Assembly: GCA_004298155.1 (NCBI GenBank)
Contig: SCRD01000025.1
Location: 21,022 to 85,021 of the forward strand
Direction: 5' to 3'
DNA from: Acidobacteriota bacterium
GTDB taxonomy: Bacteria; Acidobacteriota; Terriglobia; UBA7540
DNA length: 64,000 bases
Below are positions 1-8,873 of this stretch, piece after piece. The notes beneath the pieces are model-generated. The model ran no database searches. It had not been told where the DNA came from and saw only the letters and a list, made by a program, of their open reading frames with translations. The stretch's first letter is position 1. Each line of letters opens with the position of its first letter. The translations under genes and the position numbers were made by a program.

Positions 1-206
1 CCCAAAGATCAGGCAGGGTCTGCGCCACCCGTGCATCATACACCTCGGTCTCCGTCGATCCCCCGTCCACAGATACCAGCCGCCCCTCACCGTCTCACTG
101 GCAGGTGGGTACACGAATCTGAAAATCAAGAGCCGCGAACCTTAACGCCAAAGGTTAGCGCTACTCTCCCGCGGCACACGAAACCCGGTGTGCAGGCGGG
201 GAAGGC

Positions 207-704
207 TTATTTTGACCATGGGCTGGTGGAGTTGGCGAATGCGCCGCGGCCGCGCAGGGTGTGAAAGATGTATGATCCCATGCAAAATCTGCCGGCGACC
301 AACGCGATGAGGGCCACCAGCAGGAATGCTTCGAACACGTAGGCGACGATCATCCAGCCAAGCGCCAGCGAAAGGCCCGTTATAGCCATGAAGGTTGCGG
401 CCATGCCCTGCGCAAAACGGCGAGGCGCCGGGGCGGGTTCCAGTTGCGGCATTGATGCCGGGCCGCCAATCACCCAGTCGTAGAGCCTTTCAAAGGGGTT
501 CAGGCGGGGCATGACGACGTTCCAGACGAGGACCGCTGCGAGCACGAAGAACAGCGATGCCGACTGGAAAATGATGCCAACTACCACCAGCAGCCCCAGG
601 ACGGAGGGCTGAAGTTGCAAGGCAAGAAAGTGCGAGCGACGGCGGGATGGCTCATCGCCACGAAACCCTTGCTGCGCCATGAAGCGGTCGATGGTGCTGC
701 TCAT
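207..704 (-). CDS. DUF4395-like integral membrane protein
   Basis: 165-aa ORF with several hydrophobic helices. It has a PRRFAQG motif and a C-terminal GRFCMGSYIF Cys motif, as I recall for DUF4395. Confidence 0.55.
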   Translation of the reverse strand: MSSTIDRFMAQQGFRGDEPSRRRSHFLALQLQPSVLGLLVVVGIIFQSASLFFVLAAVLVWNVVMPRLNPFERLYDWVIGGPASMPQLEPAPAPRRFAQGMAATFMAITGLSLALGWMIVAYVFEAFLLVALIALVAGRFCMGSYIFHTLRGRGAFANSTSPWSK

Positions 705-888
705 GTTTTCACCTCTGTGATTGCGTTAACCATAACTTACATCTTCCCCCCGGAGACTGCAAGGCCGTTACACCGAATCCGGCGACACCATGTGCTAGGA
801 TAAACATCGCCGGGAGCGCGCATGCGTTAAGCGGGCCGGAAACCTGCATGCGAAGGCGGCGGACAGGAGTGGAGGAAACGGGTCAGCG

Positions 889-1596
889 ATGATCTGGTGG
901 GCAATTGGATTCATCATCATTTTGGGATGTGCGGGGGCGTTGGCGTATGCCTGCGTCATCCCTTCATCGCAGGTGTTTCGGCCCGTTGTGAATCGTGGCC
1001 CTGCAGAAAGCCGCAGCGTCGTTCTAACGTTTGACGACGGCCCATCTTCGCCGTTTACTGAACGTATACTCGATATCCTTGCTGAACATAAGATTTCCGC
1101 CACCTTTTTCATCTGCGGCAAGAATGTTGAAAGTTATCCGGAAATCGCGTGCCGCCTTGTGCGCGAAGGCCATACCATTGGGAACCATACTTATTCCCAC
1201 CCCATTCTGTTTGGCCGCAGCCGCAGGTTCATTGCCGGTGAAATCGATCGAGCGCAGGAGTCAATCGAACGGGTTACGGGGGTGCGTCCAACACTGTTTC
1301 GGCCTCCCTACGGGGCCCGCTGGTTCGGCTTGATGCCGTTGCTGCAGCAACGCGGGCTCAAAATGGTCATGTGGTCGGTCATGGGATTCGACTGGAAGTA
1401 CAACACACAGGCAATCATCAAAGCCGCCACTCGCAGACTGCATCCCGGCGCCGTGATCCTTCTACATGATGGTCATGAACAACCGCCTCCGGGAGGGATT
1501 GACCAGTCGAGCACTGTGGAGGCTTTGCCAGCTATCATTGAAGCGGCTGCCCGGTCCGGCCTGACCTTTGCCGCGATTGAAAGATTCATGCCTTAA
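889..1596 (+). CDS. Polysaccharide deacetylase (NodB / CE4 family), N-terminal membrane anchor
   Basis: Carries the CE4 motifs VVLTFDDGPS, ATFFICG and GHTIGNHTYSHP. There is an N-terminal TM helix (IWWAIGFIIILGCAGALAYA) and GGAGGA upstream of the ATG. Confidence 0.9.
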   Translation: MIWWAIGFIIILGCAGALAYACVIPSSQVFRPVVNRGPAESRSVVLTFDDGPSSPFTERILDILAEHKISATFFICGKNVESYPEIACRLVREGHTIGNHTYSHPILFGRSRRFIAGEIDRAQESIERVTGVRPTLFRPPYGARWFGLMPLLQQRGLKMVMWSVMGFDWKYNTQAIIKAATRRLHPGAVILLHDGHEQPPPGGIDQSSTVEALPAIIEAAARSGLTFAAIERFMP

Positions 1597-1764
1597 TTTG
1601 CGTTTTCCGTGGACTTTTAGGTCCAGAACCCGGCCACCTTCTTTGGCCAGCCAGCCGATAAAATGCTGGAAGCCTGTGTGAAATTAAAATACACTCATTC
1701 CTGGCCTTGTCCTAATTTGACACACTTGGACCAGCCGAGATTTGTACGGTGATCATCAAAATTT

Positions 1765-1798
1765 AGATTAAGAGCTTAAGATTGAAGATTTTAAGATT
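1765..1798. promoter_or_regulatory. AT-rich island with four AGATT / AAGATT direct repeats upstream of the receiver-ACP operon
   Basis: AGATT occurs at 1765, 1779, 1786 and 1794, inside a strikingly AT-rich 1740-1810 stretch of an otherwise GC-rich window. TTGACA lies at 1717-1722. The function is inferred only. Confidence 0.3.
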
Positions 1799-1875
1799 AT
1801 CATCACTTTTTGGACTCATTTATGCTGTAAGGGATATGGTTCGGCAGAAGGAACTCTTCCTGGGTGGGTGTCTGA

Positions 1876-2319
1876 GTGGGCCTAAACCGAGTATTGGTTG
1901 TGGATGACGATCAGGAGAGCCGGAACTTGCTTTCCGAGGTTCTGGTTACGAATGGCTATTCTGTTGAGGTGGCAGAGGATGGGGAGGGTCTCTGGAAAGC
2001 CTTAAATACGGACGACGGCAAGGCTGTGATTCTGATTGATCTCCGGATGCCTGGTGAGAACGGTATGGAGCTTTTACGGAAGCTGCAAGAAAAGAAGATT
2101 GCATGTGACGCTATACTGATGAGCTCGTTTATTACAACGGCCGAACGAGATCTCGCGCGGCAGCTTGGAGTTAGGACCTTTCTGGAAAAGCCTTTTCGAC
2201 TTTCCGAGTTGCTGAGCGTTGTCAGTGAACTTGCAGGGAAGCATCCGATCGGGATTTCATCGTACGACGGCCAGGGTCAAGGGGAAGGACCGGGCCCGGT
2301 CAGCAAGGAGCAGATATGA
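1876..2319 (+). CDS. Single-domain response regulator (CheY-like receiver)
   Basis: Has the receiver motifs VLVVDDD, ILIDLRMPG (phospho-acceptor Asp), ILMSS and EKPF (Lys). There is no output domain. Starts at a GTG. Confidence 0.85.
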   Translation: MGLNRVLVVDDDQESRNLLSEVLVTNGYSVEVAEDGEGLWKALNTDDGKAVILIDLRMPGENGMELLRKLQEKKIACDAILMSSFITTAERDLARQLGVRTFLEKPFRLSELLSVVSELAGKHPIGISSYDGQGQGEGPGPVSKEQI

Positions 2320-2606
2320 ACGTAGGCGAGAAGGTCATTGAAATCATTGCACGGGAGCAACATCTCAATCCCGGTGATGTGTCGATTGACGCAACTTTTG
2401 AGGAATTGGGCATCGACTCGCTTGATGGGGTTAACATCCTATTTGCGCTGGAAGAAGAGTTCAAGATCGACATCCCCGACACAGTTGCCCAGAACATGAA
2501 GAGCGTACGCCAAGTCGTGGATGGTTTAACCCGGGCGATTGAAGGCAAAGACATATCTGATCTCGCGGCGATGGCCAAGGGCAGCAGCCCTGCGGCCTCC
2601 AACTAA
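2316..2606 (+). CDS. Acyl carrier protein (dedicated, non-housekeeping context)
   Basis: 96 aa with an LGIDSLD phosphopantetheine-Ser motif and an acidic helix II (ILFALEEEF). Its ATG overlaps the receiver stop codon (ATGA at 2316-2319). Confidence 0.9.
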   Translation: MNVGEKVIEIIAREQHLNPGDVSIDATFEELGIDSLDGVNILFALEEEFKIDIPDTVAQNMKSVRQVVDGLTRAIEGKDISDLAAMAKGSSPAASN

Positions 2607-2625
2607 ATTCTTCTGGAGTCCAAAA

Positions 2626-3855
2626 GTGCGCAGGGTCGTCATAACAGGGCTGGGAGTTTTTTCCTCCACGGGCAAGAACACGGATAGCTTTTTTGAGAAC
2701 CTGGTGCAAGGCCGATCAGGTGTCAAACCCATATCCCAATTTGATTCTTCCCCGCTTTCCATAAAAATCGCGGCCGAAATTCCCGATTACAATGCGGACG
2801 AATACTTCCCTGCCAAGCGCCAGGATATGCTGGACAAGTTCACGCAATTCGCGCTGATTGCTGCCGGCGAAGCCATGGAAAGCAGCGGCCTCAAGGTCCG
2901 TGATGAAGAACGCTGCCGCTTTGGCGTGGTGATGGGTTCCGGAATGGGCGGCGCAGGAAGCTATGACGCCGGCTATCACAATCTTTACGCAAAACGGCTC
3001 ACACGATTGCACCCCTTCACGATTCCGCGCATTATGCACAATGCTGCGACATCGCACATCTGCATGGAATTTGGCGCGCAGGGGCCTGCGCTTGCAACCT
3101 CAACAGCATGCTCGTCGTCTGGCCACGCCATTGGAGAGGCGTTCCACCTCATCAAGTTTGGAATGGCGGACATGGTGCTGGCCGGCGGCGCCGACGCCCC
3201 AATCACTTACGGTGTGATGCGCTGTTGGGAGGCTGTGCGGGTGCTTGCCTCGGGAAATGGAGACCCTGCCGCAGCTTGCCGTCCTTTTTCTGCGGACCGC
3301 AAGGGAATGGTGATTGGAGAAGGCTCAGGTGTTATCCTGCTGGAGGAGCTGGACCACGCCCTCGATCGTGGCGCCACCATTTATGGCGAGCTTGCAGGCT
3401 GCGGTATGAGTTCAGATGCATCTCACATCACCCAGCCGTCGGTGGACGGCCCGGTACGTGCCATCCGCATGGCGCTGGATGAAGCCGGAGTCGGCCCGGA
3501 GGAGATTGATTACATCAACGCTCACGGGACCGGAACGCGCCTCAATGACGCGGTCGAAACCCAGGTGATCAAGGAAGTCTTTAACAGCTACGCCAGGAAA
3601 CTGGCGATCAGTTCAACAAAATCAATGCACGGACACGCCATGGGCGCAACGGGGGCGATAGAGTTTGTGGCCACCGTGATGGCGATTGGACGTGGAGTGA
3701 TCCCGCCCACTGCGAATTATACGCAGCCGGATCCCGAATGTGATCTTGACTATGTTCCCAACGTAGCGCGGGAAAGGCGCATCCGTGCCGCACTTTCGAA
3801 TTCGTTTGCGTTCGGCGGTTTGAACGCCGTGTTGCTGGTGCGACGCTGGGAGTGA
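2626..3855 (+). CDS. Beta-ketoacyl-ACP synthase, FabF (KAS II)-like
   Basis: RRVVITGLGV N-terminus. Active-site Cys in ATSTACSSSGHA, and His motifs NAHGTGT and SMHGHAMGATG. I chose the in-frame GTG at 2626 over the track start at 2539, which would overlap the ACP. Confidence 0.9.
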   Translation: MRRVVITGLGVFSSTGKNTDSFFENLVQGRSGVKPISQFDSSPLSIKIAAEIPDYNADEYFPAKRQDMLDKFTQFALIAAGEAMESSGLKVRDEERCRFGVVMGSGMGGAGSYDAGYHNLYAKRLTRLHPFTIPRIMHNAATSHICMEFGAQGPALATSTACSSSGHAIGEAFHLIKFGMADMVLAGGADAPITYGVMRCWEAVRVLASGNGDPAAACRPFSADRKGMVIGEGSGVILLEELDHALDRGATIYGELAGCGMSSDASHITQPSVDGPVRAIRMALDEAGVGPEEIDYINAHGTGTRLNDAVETQVIKEVFNSYARKLAISSTKSMHGHAMGATGAIEFVATVMAIGRGVIPPTANYTQPDPECDLDYVPNVARERRIRAALSNSFAFGGLNAVLLVRRWE

Positions 3856-3909
3856 CGCTCTCATTCTTCCGCGATACTGCGGTTTAGCCACGGTATTTCT
3901 GGAGCAGGC

Positions 3910-5097
3910 ATGGAAATCAGGCGCATCGCGATACTGACGCTCGGTGTAGGTACCGGGCATTTCAGGGCAAGCCAGGCCATTCACCAGGCCCTTCATGACG
4001 GAGCGGACAATGTTGAGGCGCGGACGATTGATCTTTTGGACCTCGCGGAGCCCTGGTTTATCCGGTTTTACGTTTATCCATACTGGCTGGCAGTGCGGCG
4101 CGCTCCATCGGTGTGGCGCAAGCTTTTTGCATGGCGCCAGAGCAAGCGGCTTCAGAAGATTTTACCGGATCGGCTCCTCAGGCGCGGCTGCCGATCGGCG
4201 CTTGCCCGCCTCCAGTCTTTCCGCCCGCACCTGGTGATCGCAACCGAAATGAGAGCCGCGAGGCTGGCTGCGCTTGGCCGGCGTGGAGGATGGTTTGACG
4301 CTCCGATCCTGGCCGCCCAAACAGACTTCTGCACGGAACCATCCTGGGCCGAAAAGGAAATCGACGTTCATTGCGTGGGCAGCGAAGAAGCCAAGGGCCA
4401 GTTGATTTCCTGGGGTATTTCCGCGAACCGCATCGTGAATTGCGGTGTACCCGTTGATCCTGCCTTTGCGCTCAGTTTTGATCGTGCTGAACTTCGGCGG
4501 GCTTTTGGCCTGCACCCGAACCGGCCCGTGGTGTTGGTGATGGGGGGCGGGATAAGGCCTGCTCCGCTCGACACCATTATCCGGAGCCTGGAAATGTCGA
4601 GCCACGCCGTCCAGGTGCTTGCCGTTACGGCGCGAGACGGCGCCATGAGGCGGCGGCTGGAGGCAATGCGGGGGCAGTTGGCGCTTGACCTGCACGTTTT
4701 TGGCTGGTCAGAGTCCATACCGGAGCTGATGGCAGCGGCTGATCTGCTGATCACCAAACCGGGAGGTGTTACAACTTCTGAAGCTCTGGCAACGGGCCTT
4801 CCCATGATTCTCGCCTTCCCCATCCCAGGGATGGAGGAACGGCATCTCAAATTCCTGGTGGAGCGGAATGTGGCAGTCGTGGCTAAAGACGCTGAAGAAA
4901 TTCCCGGGCTGGTTTCCAGCCTGCTCGATGACCCGAAACAGTTGGAGGCGTTGAGCGTCCGCGGCCGGGAAATGGCGCGGCCTGATGCCGCCCATGCCGT
5001 GGCACAGGTTGCAAGGGCCCTGCTCGATAAGGATTCGTATATTGACCTTCTGGCGGCCCCCTTGCCGGTTTTCGATGAATCGGCATACCTGATGTAA
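3910..5097 (+). CDS. Glycosyltransferase, MGDG-synthase-like N-terminus plus GT28 C-terminal domain (UgtP-like lipid GT)
   Basis: N-terminal ILTLGVGTGH, TDFCTEPSW and GVPVDPAF. C-terminal ADLLITKPGGVTTSEALATGLPMI. The layout parallels diacylglycerol glycosyltransferases. Confidence 0.8.
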   Translation: MEIRRIAILTLGVGTGHFRASQAIHQALHDGADNVEARTIDLLDLAEPWFIRFYVYPYWLAVRRAPSVWRKLFAWRQSKRLQKILPDRLLRRGCRSALARLQSFRPHLVIATEMRAARLAALGRRGGWFDAPILAAQTDFCTEPSWAEKEIDVHCVGSEEAKGQLISWGISANRIVNCGVPVDPAFALSFDRAELRRAFGLHPNRPVVLVMGGGIRPAPLDTIIRSLEMSSHAVQVLAVTARDGAMRRRLEAMRGQLALDLHVFGWSESIPELMAAADLLITKPGGVTTSEALATGLPMILAFPIPGMEERHLKFLVERNVAVVAKDAEEIPGLVSSLLDDPKQLEALSVRGREMARPDAAHAVAQVARALLDKDSYIDLLAAPLPVFDESAYLM

Positions 5098-5173
5098 GTC
5101 AAATGAACTCAGAATTCCATTGAGGTATTGAAAGGCAAAGCGCGTGGCGGCGCAGGTTGATGGGTCGTTGATA

Positions 5174-5186
5174 AGGTTTCAAACCT
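5174..5186. promoter_or_regulatory. Perfect 13-bp palindrome AGGTTTcAAACCT upstream of the ligase gene
   Basis: Read directly from the sequence. It is followed by the tandem repeat CCTGCAT CCTGCAT (5184-5197). An operator role is inference. Confidence 0.3.
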
Positions 5187-5199
5187 GCATCCTGCATCC

Positions 5200-5224
5200 G
5201 GCCCGAGCGCTCGGCCTTCGTTTG
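5200..5224 (+). terminator. Terminator- or attenuator-like hairpin inside the operon
   Basis: GGCCCGAGC GCTCGGCC stem (one bulge) followed by TTCGTTTG, ending 8 nt before the ATG at 5232. The stem is weak. Confidence 0.25.
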
Positions 5225-5231
5225 AAAATCC

Positions 5232-6548
5232 ATGGTTGGCAACCTGCGGAAGATTGTCGAACAACGGCTGATCGGCGGCTCGATTCCCCGGCTTGTCCGC
5301 TGGGGCAAATCTCTTCCGCCGGGACTGATCCATAGAATCCAGATGGGCGGCTTTCGGCGGGTAGTCCGCTACGCAGCCGCCCGCCAGAAATTCTTTGCAG
5401 GAAAGCTGCAGGAGGCAGGGCTCCGGGTGGACCAGATCCATCGGCCGGAAGACCTTGGAGATATCTTTACCACGCCCGAAGATGTTCGTAACCTGCCGGC
5501 TGAGGAATTCCTTTGCAGGGAGCCGGAATCCGTGTTTGAAACCACCGGGACCTCCGGCGGGCCCAAACGGGTTTACTTTGGATACGACGAGGTTGATTTA
5601 TCGGCGCGCTATGAGGCTGCGGGATTTTATGAAAACGGCATGCGCCCGGGCGACCGCGTGGTTTGCACGTTTGACGCCGGATACTGGATCAGCAGCTGGG
5701 TGACTTATCTGGCCTGCAAGCAGATCGGCGTTTTCTGCTCCGCTGTCGGCAAGCCGCAACCGGCTGAGGCCTATGAACGCCTGGCAAATTATCGCTACAA
5801 TGTGATCGTGGCGGACCCCACGTGGCTGGTGAGCCTGAGCGAAATTGCCGAAAAGCGGGGAACTTTTCCGGTCAAGCTGATCTTCGCGGCGGGCGACCGC
5901 ATGACCGACACTTACCGGGATTACGTCCAGCGGACCTGGAAGGCGCCGGTGATTCTGGGCTACGGTTCAACGGAAATGGGCGGCGGCGCTGGAATTGAGT
6001 GTCTTGAGCGCAACGGCTACCACGTGGATGAGTTCAACCTGATGTTTGAGATTCTCGACCCGGACCCGGACGGCTACGGCGAACTGGTGGTAACCACGCT
6101 TTCACGCCGTACCATGCCGTTCATCCGCTACCGGGTGCGCGACATCACGCGCTTTCTTGGCGCACCCTGTCCCTGTGGAACGACCGTGCGCCGCATCGCG
6201 CGGATCCGTGGCCGCCGTGACGAAATGGTGGTGATGGGCGCTGGAAACATGTACCCGGAGATTTTTGAAAAAGTTTTGTGCGACGTTCCAGGGCTTTCAG
6301 CCAACTGGCAGGTTGCCGTACGGCAGGAAGAGTTGCACGATATCCTGGAATTCCGTTTGGAACTTTCTAATGGTGTTTCCACCTCGACGGTGGAGGACGC
6401 AGTCAGAAAAAATCTGAAAGCGCGGTACCCGGACGTCTGGGCCAATCAGGAGTGCGGGATGTACAGGCTGGCCTTCCGGTTTGCCTCCTCCGGCACGCTC
6501 GTCCAGGGGCGGAAGCGTAAGCGCCTTGTGGACGAGCGCGGGGAGTAA
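5232..6548 (+). CDS. Adenylate-forming enzyme, PaaK / coenzyme F390 synthetase (CapK)-like
   Basis: ETTGTSGGPKRVYF P-loop-like AMP motif, YGSTEMGG, and a ~440 aa size typical of the PaaK/F390 synthetase branch. Confidence 0.8.
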   Translation: MVGNLRKIVEQRLIGGSIPRLVRWGKSLPPGLIHRIQMGGFRRVVRYAAARQKFFAGKLQEAGLRVDQIHRPEDLGDIFTTPEDVRNLPAEEFLCREPESVFETTGTSGGPKRVYFGYDEVDLSARYEAAGFYENGMRPGDRVVCTFDAGYWISSWVTYLACKQIGVFCSAVGKPQPAEAYERLANYRYNVIVADPTWLVSLSEIAEKRGTFPVKLIFAAGDRMTDTYRDYVQRTWKAPVILGYGSTEMGGGAGIECLERNGYHVDEFNLMFEILDPDPDGYGELVVTTLSRRTMPFIRYRVRDITRFLGAPCPCGTTVRRIARIRGRRDEMVVMGAGNMYPEIFEKVLCDVPGLSANWQVAVRQEELHDILEFRLELSNGVSTSTVEDAVRKNLKARYPDVWANQECGMYRLAFRFASSGTLVQGRKRKRLVDERGE

Positions 6549-6676
6549 GAAGGGCCAAAGCAGGCAGGCAGAGCGTAGGGCGTGCAGGAGGGGGTGAATT
6601 TCCTGACGACCTGCCATCTGGCCCTCAACTGCACATATCGGAGAGAAGGGAGACACACTTGAGGGGGAAATTTTCC

Positions 6677-7405
6677 GTGAACGGCCAGAGCGAAAAAGCG
6701 GTGAAAAGGCCTGTGGTTTTTTCCGATTTTGACGGAACAATTACCCGCCTGGACGTCACCGACGAAATCCTGGAGAATTTTGCGGACCCTTCCTGGCGGG
6801 AGGTGGAGGAGCTGTGGCTCCGGGGTGATATTGGATCCAAGGAATGCTTCAGGCGGCAGGCGGCGCTGGTGCGCGCGACGCCGAAAGAGTTGAACGCGCT
6901 GATTGATGCCATTCCCCTCGACCCTGATTTCCAGGAGTTTTATCGCACATTGAAGGGCTGGCGACTGCCTTTCTACATTGTCAGCGACAGTTTTGATTAC
7001 GTCATCCGCCGCGTGCTGAAGCGGGTGGGTGCGGACGGCGAACTGCGAAACGGCCGCCATCTGTTTTCAACCGGAGTGCGGCTGGAAGGTGGCGGAATGC
7101 GGGCGCTTTTTCCCCACGGCAATCACGGCTGCGATCACGGCTGCGCCACCTGCAAGCCAGCGATCATTCGCCGCCTTCGAAAGAAGCAACAGCCGGTAGT
7201 TTTTATCGGTGACGGCCTCTCAGACCGGTTTGCAGTGGAAGCTGCCGACGTTGTTTTTGCCAAGCATGAGTTGCTGGCCTACTGCCGCGAGCGCGGCGTG
7301 GCTAGCCGGCCGTTTGAAACTTTTAGTGACGTGCAGAAGGACCTGGCCGAAATTCTTGAGACAGGGTCTTTTGAGCGAGATGCCGCGGTGGGCGCCGCAT
7401 CGTAA
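6677..7405 (+). CDS. HAD-IB phosphatase, MtnX-like
   Basis: VVFSDFDGTIT (motif I), a Cys cluster GCDHGCATCKP and FIGDGLSDRFA (motif IV). The C-terminal half parallels B. subtilis MtnX as recalled. The start is uncertain: GTG 6677 has GAGGGGG upstream, and TTG 6659 or GTG 6701 are alternatives. Confidence 0.7.
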   Translation: MNGQSEKAVKRPVVFSDFDGTITRLDVTDEILENFADPSWREVEELWLRGDIGSKECFRRQAALVRATPKELNALIDAIPLDPDFQEFYRTLKGWRLPFYIVSDSFDYVIRRVLKRVGADGELRNGRHLFSTGVRLEGGGMRALFPHGNHGCDHGCATCKPAIIRRLRKKQQPVVFIGDGLSDRFAVEAADVVFAKHELLAYCRERGVASRPFETFSDVQKDLAEILETGSFERDAAVGAAS

Positions 7406-7446
7406 CTGGAACTGCACGATCTCATCGGGCGAAGGGAAAACAGTCC

Positions 7447-8838
7447 ATGTCATTGCCGGATACGACAACCAAAGCTGCGGAATTGCTGGAGCTTGAGCGC
7501 CGGTACTGCTCATTTGGCGACACCGTGCACTATCTTGATCCGCCCAAGGTTTTTTCCAACTGCGAAGGTTGTTACCTTTATGACGAGCAGGGTACGCCTT
7601 ATCTTGATCTCCAGATGTGGTATTCCGCTGCGAACTTTGGTTATAAGAACCCACGGCTGAATGATGCCCTCAAACGGCAGGTGGACCGGCTGCCGCAACT
7701 GGCCTGCCAGTATCTGCACCCAGAAAAGATTGAAGTGGCGGCGCGCATCGCCCAATACTGCGAAAAACGCTTCGGCGTGAAGGGCCGCGTCCACTTCAAC
7801 GTGGGCGGCTCACAGGCCATCGAGGATTCCATCAAGCTGGTGCGCAATGCCACCGGAAAGAACCTGATGTTCGCCTTCATGGGCAGCTATCACGGGCGGA
7901 CTCTGGGCGCTTCGGCCATGACCTCCAGCTACCGCTACCGCCGGCGGTTCGGCCATTTCAGCGACCGTGCGCAATTTGTTTTTTACCCCTACTGCCATCG
8001 TTGCATTTATGGGCTGAAGCCCGAAACCTGCGGCCTCTATTGCGAGGAGCAGTTCGAGAAGCTGTTTGATTCGGAATATTACGGCGTCTGGGACGCAAAG
8101 GCCGAAGTCTCAGAGTTCGGCGCTTTCTACATTGAGGCGGTGCAGGGAACGGGCGGCTACGTGATTCCGCCGCGCGACTATTTCAGGCGCCTGAAAGAGA
8201 CCTGCGACCGGCACAAGATCCTGATCGTAGACGACGAGATCCAGATGGGCTTCTACCGGACGGGCAAGTTCTGGGCGATTGAAAATTTCGGGATTACGCC
8301 GGACATCATTGTTTTTGGCAAGGCGCTGACAAACGGTTTGAACCCGATTTCAGGCGTCTGGGCACGCGAGGAGCTGATCTCGCCGGAGGTGTTTCCGCCC
8401 GGCTCAACGCACTCAACTTTTTCCGCCAATCCGCTGGGCACGGCCGTCGCTCTTGAAACGTTGAAGATGCTGGAAGAGGAAGATTACGAGTCGCTGGTGA
8501 ATGAGAAGGGCGCGTATCTGCTGGCCGGGCTGCGCGAACTCGAGCGGCGGCATCCGGAGTCGATCGGGCAGGTGGATGGATTGGGCCTCGCGCTGCGGAT
8601 TGAAGTCTCGAAGCCAGACAGGACCACTCCCGACCGCGAGCTGACGGACCGCATCTTCGCCGAAGGTCTGGCCGGAAACCTGGAAGCCCGTGGACGCAAG
8701 ATGGGCCTGGTGCTCGACGTGGGCGGATATTACAAGAACGTCTTTACGCTGGCCCCCGCTTTCTCCATCACCCACGAAGAAATGGACCTTGCTGTCGAAC
8801 TGCTCGACCAGTTGTTTACCCGCTGCGCGAAAAAGTAG
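7447..8838 (+). CDS. Class-III (omega) PLP-dependent aminotransferase
   Basis: GSQAIEDSIKL, LIVDDEIQMGFYRTGK and IIVFGKALTNG (Schiff-base Lys). 463 aa. Confidence 0.9.
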   Translation: MSLPDTTTKAAELLELERRYCSFGDTVHYLDPPKVFSNCEGCYLYDEQGTPYLDLQMWYSAANFGYKNPRLNDALKRQVDRLPQLACQYLHPEKIEVAARIAQYCEKRFGVKGRVHFNVGGSQAIEDSIKLVRNATGKNLMFAFMGSYHGRTLGASAMTSSYRYRRRFGHFSDRAQFVFYPYCHRCIYGLKPETCGLYCEEQFEKLFDSEYYGVWDAKAEVSEFGAFYIEAVQGTGGYVIPPRDYFRRLKETCDRHKILIVDDEIQMGFYRTGKFWAIENFGITPDIIVFGKALTNGLNPISGVWAREELISPEVFPPGSTHSTFSANPLGTAVALETLKMLEEEDYESLVNEKGAYLLAGLRELERRHPESIGQVDGLGLALRIEVSKPDRTTPDRELTDRIFAEGLAGNLEARGRKMGLVLDVGGYYKNVFTLAPAFSITHEEMDLAVELLDQLFTRCAKK

Positions 8839-8873
8839 CCAACTAAACCGCTCACCCTTTCACTTTAGAAACA

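Noticed and set aside
1-206. Possible 5' end of a minus-strand gene running off the window start, and track ORF 31-264(+).
   Set aside because: Too short to evaluate. The plus-strand ORF is Pro/Arg-rich, and the minus-strand frames have early stops or no motif.
2539-2625. Track start of the KS ORF at 2539, overlapping the ACP by 68 nt.
   Set aside because: The extension translates to low-complexity sequence. The conserved KS N-terminus RRVVITGLG begins at the in-frame GTG at 2626, just after the ACP stop.
4368-5102. Long antisense ORFs throughout the track, for example 4368-5102(-), 18282-19175(-), 20201-21169(-), 23934-24860(-), 39853-40950(+), 42255-43178(+), 45313-46509(+), 48083-48928(+) and 57356-58705(+).
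   Set aside because: Each lies fully opposite a gene with clear family motifs. Their translations are Arg/Pro/Gly-rich and have no recognisable motifs. These are typical shadow ORFs of GC-rich DNA.
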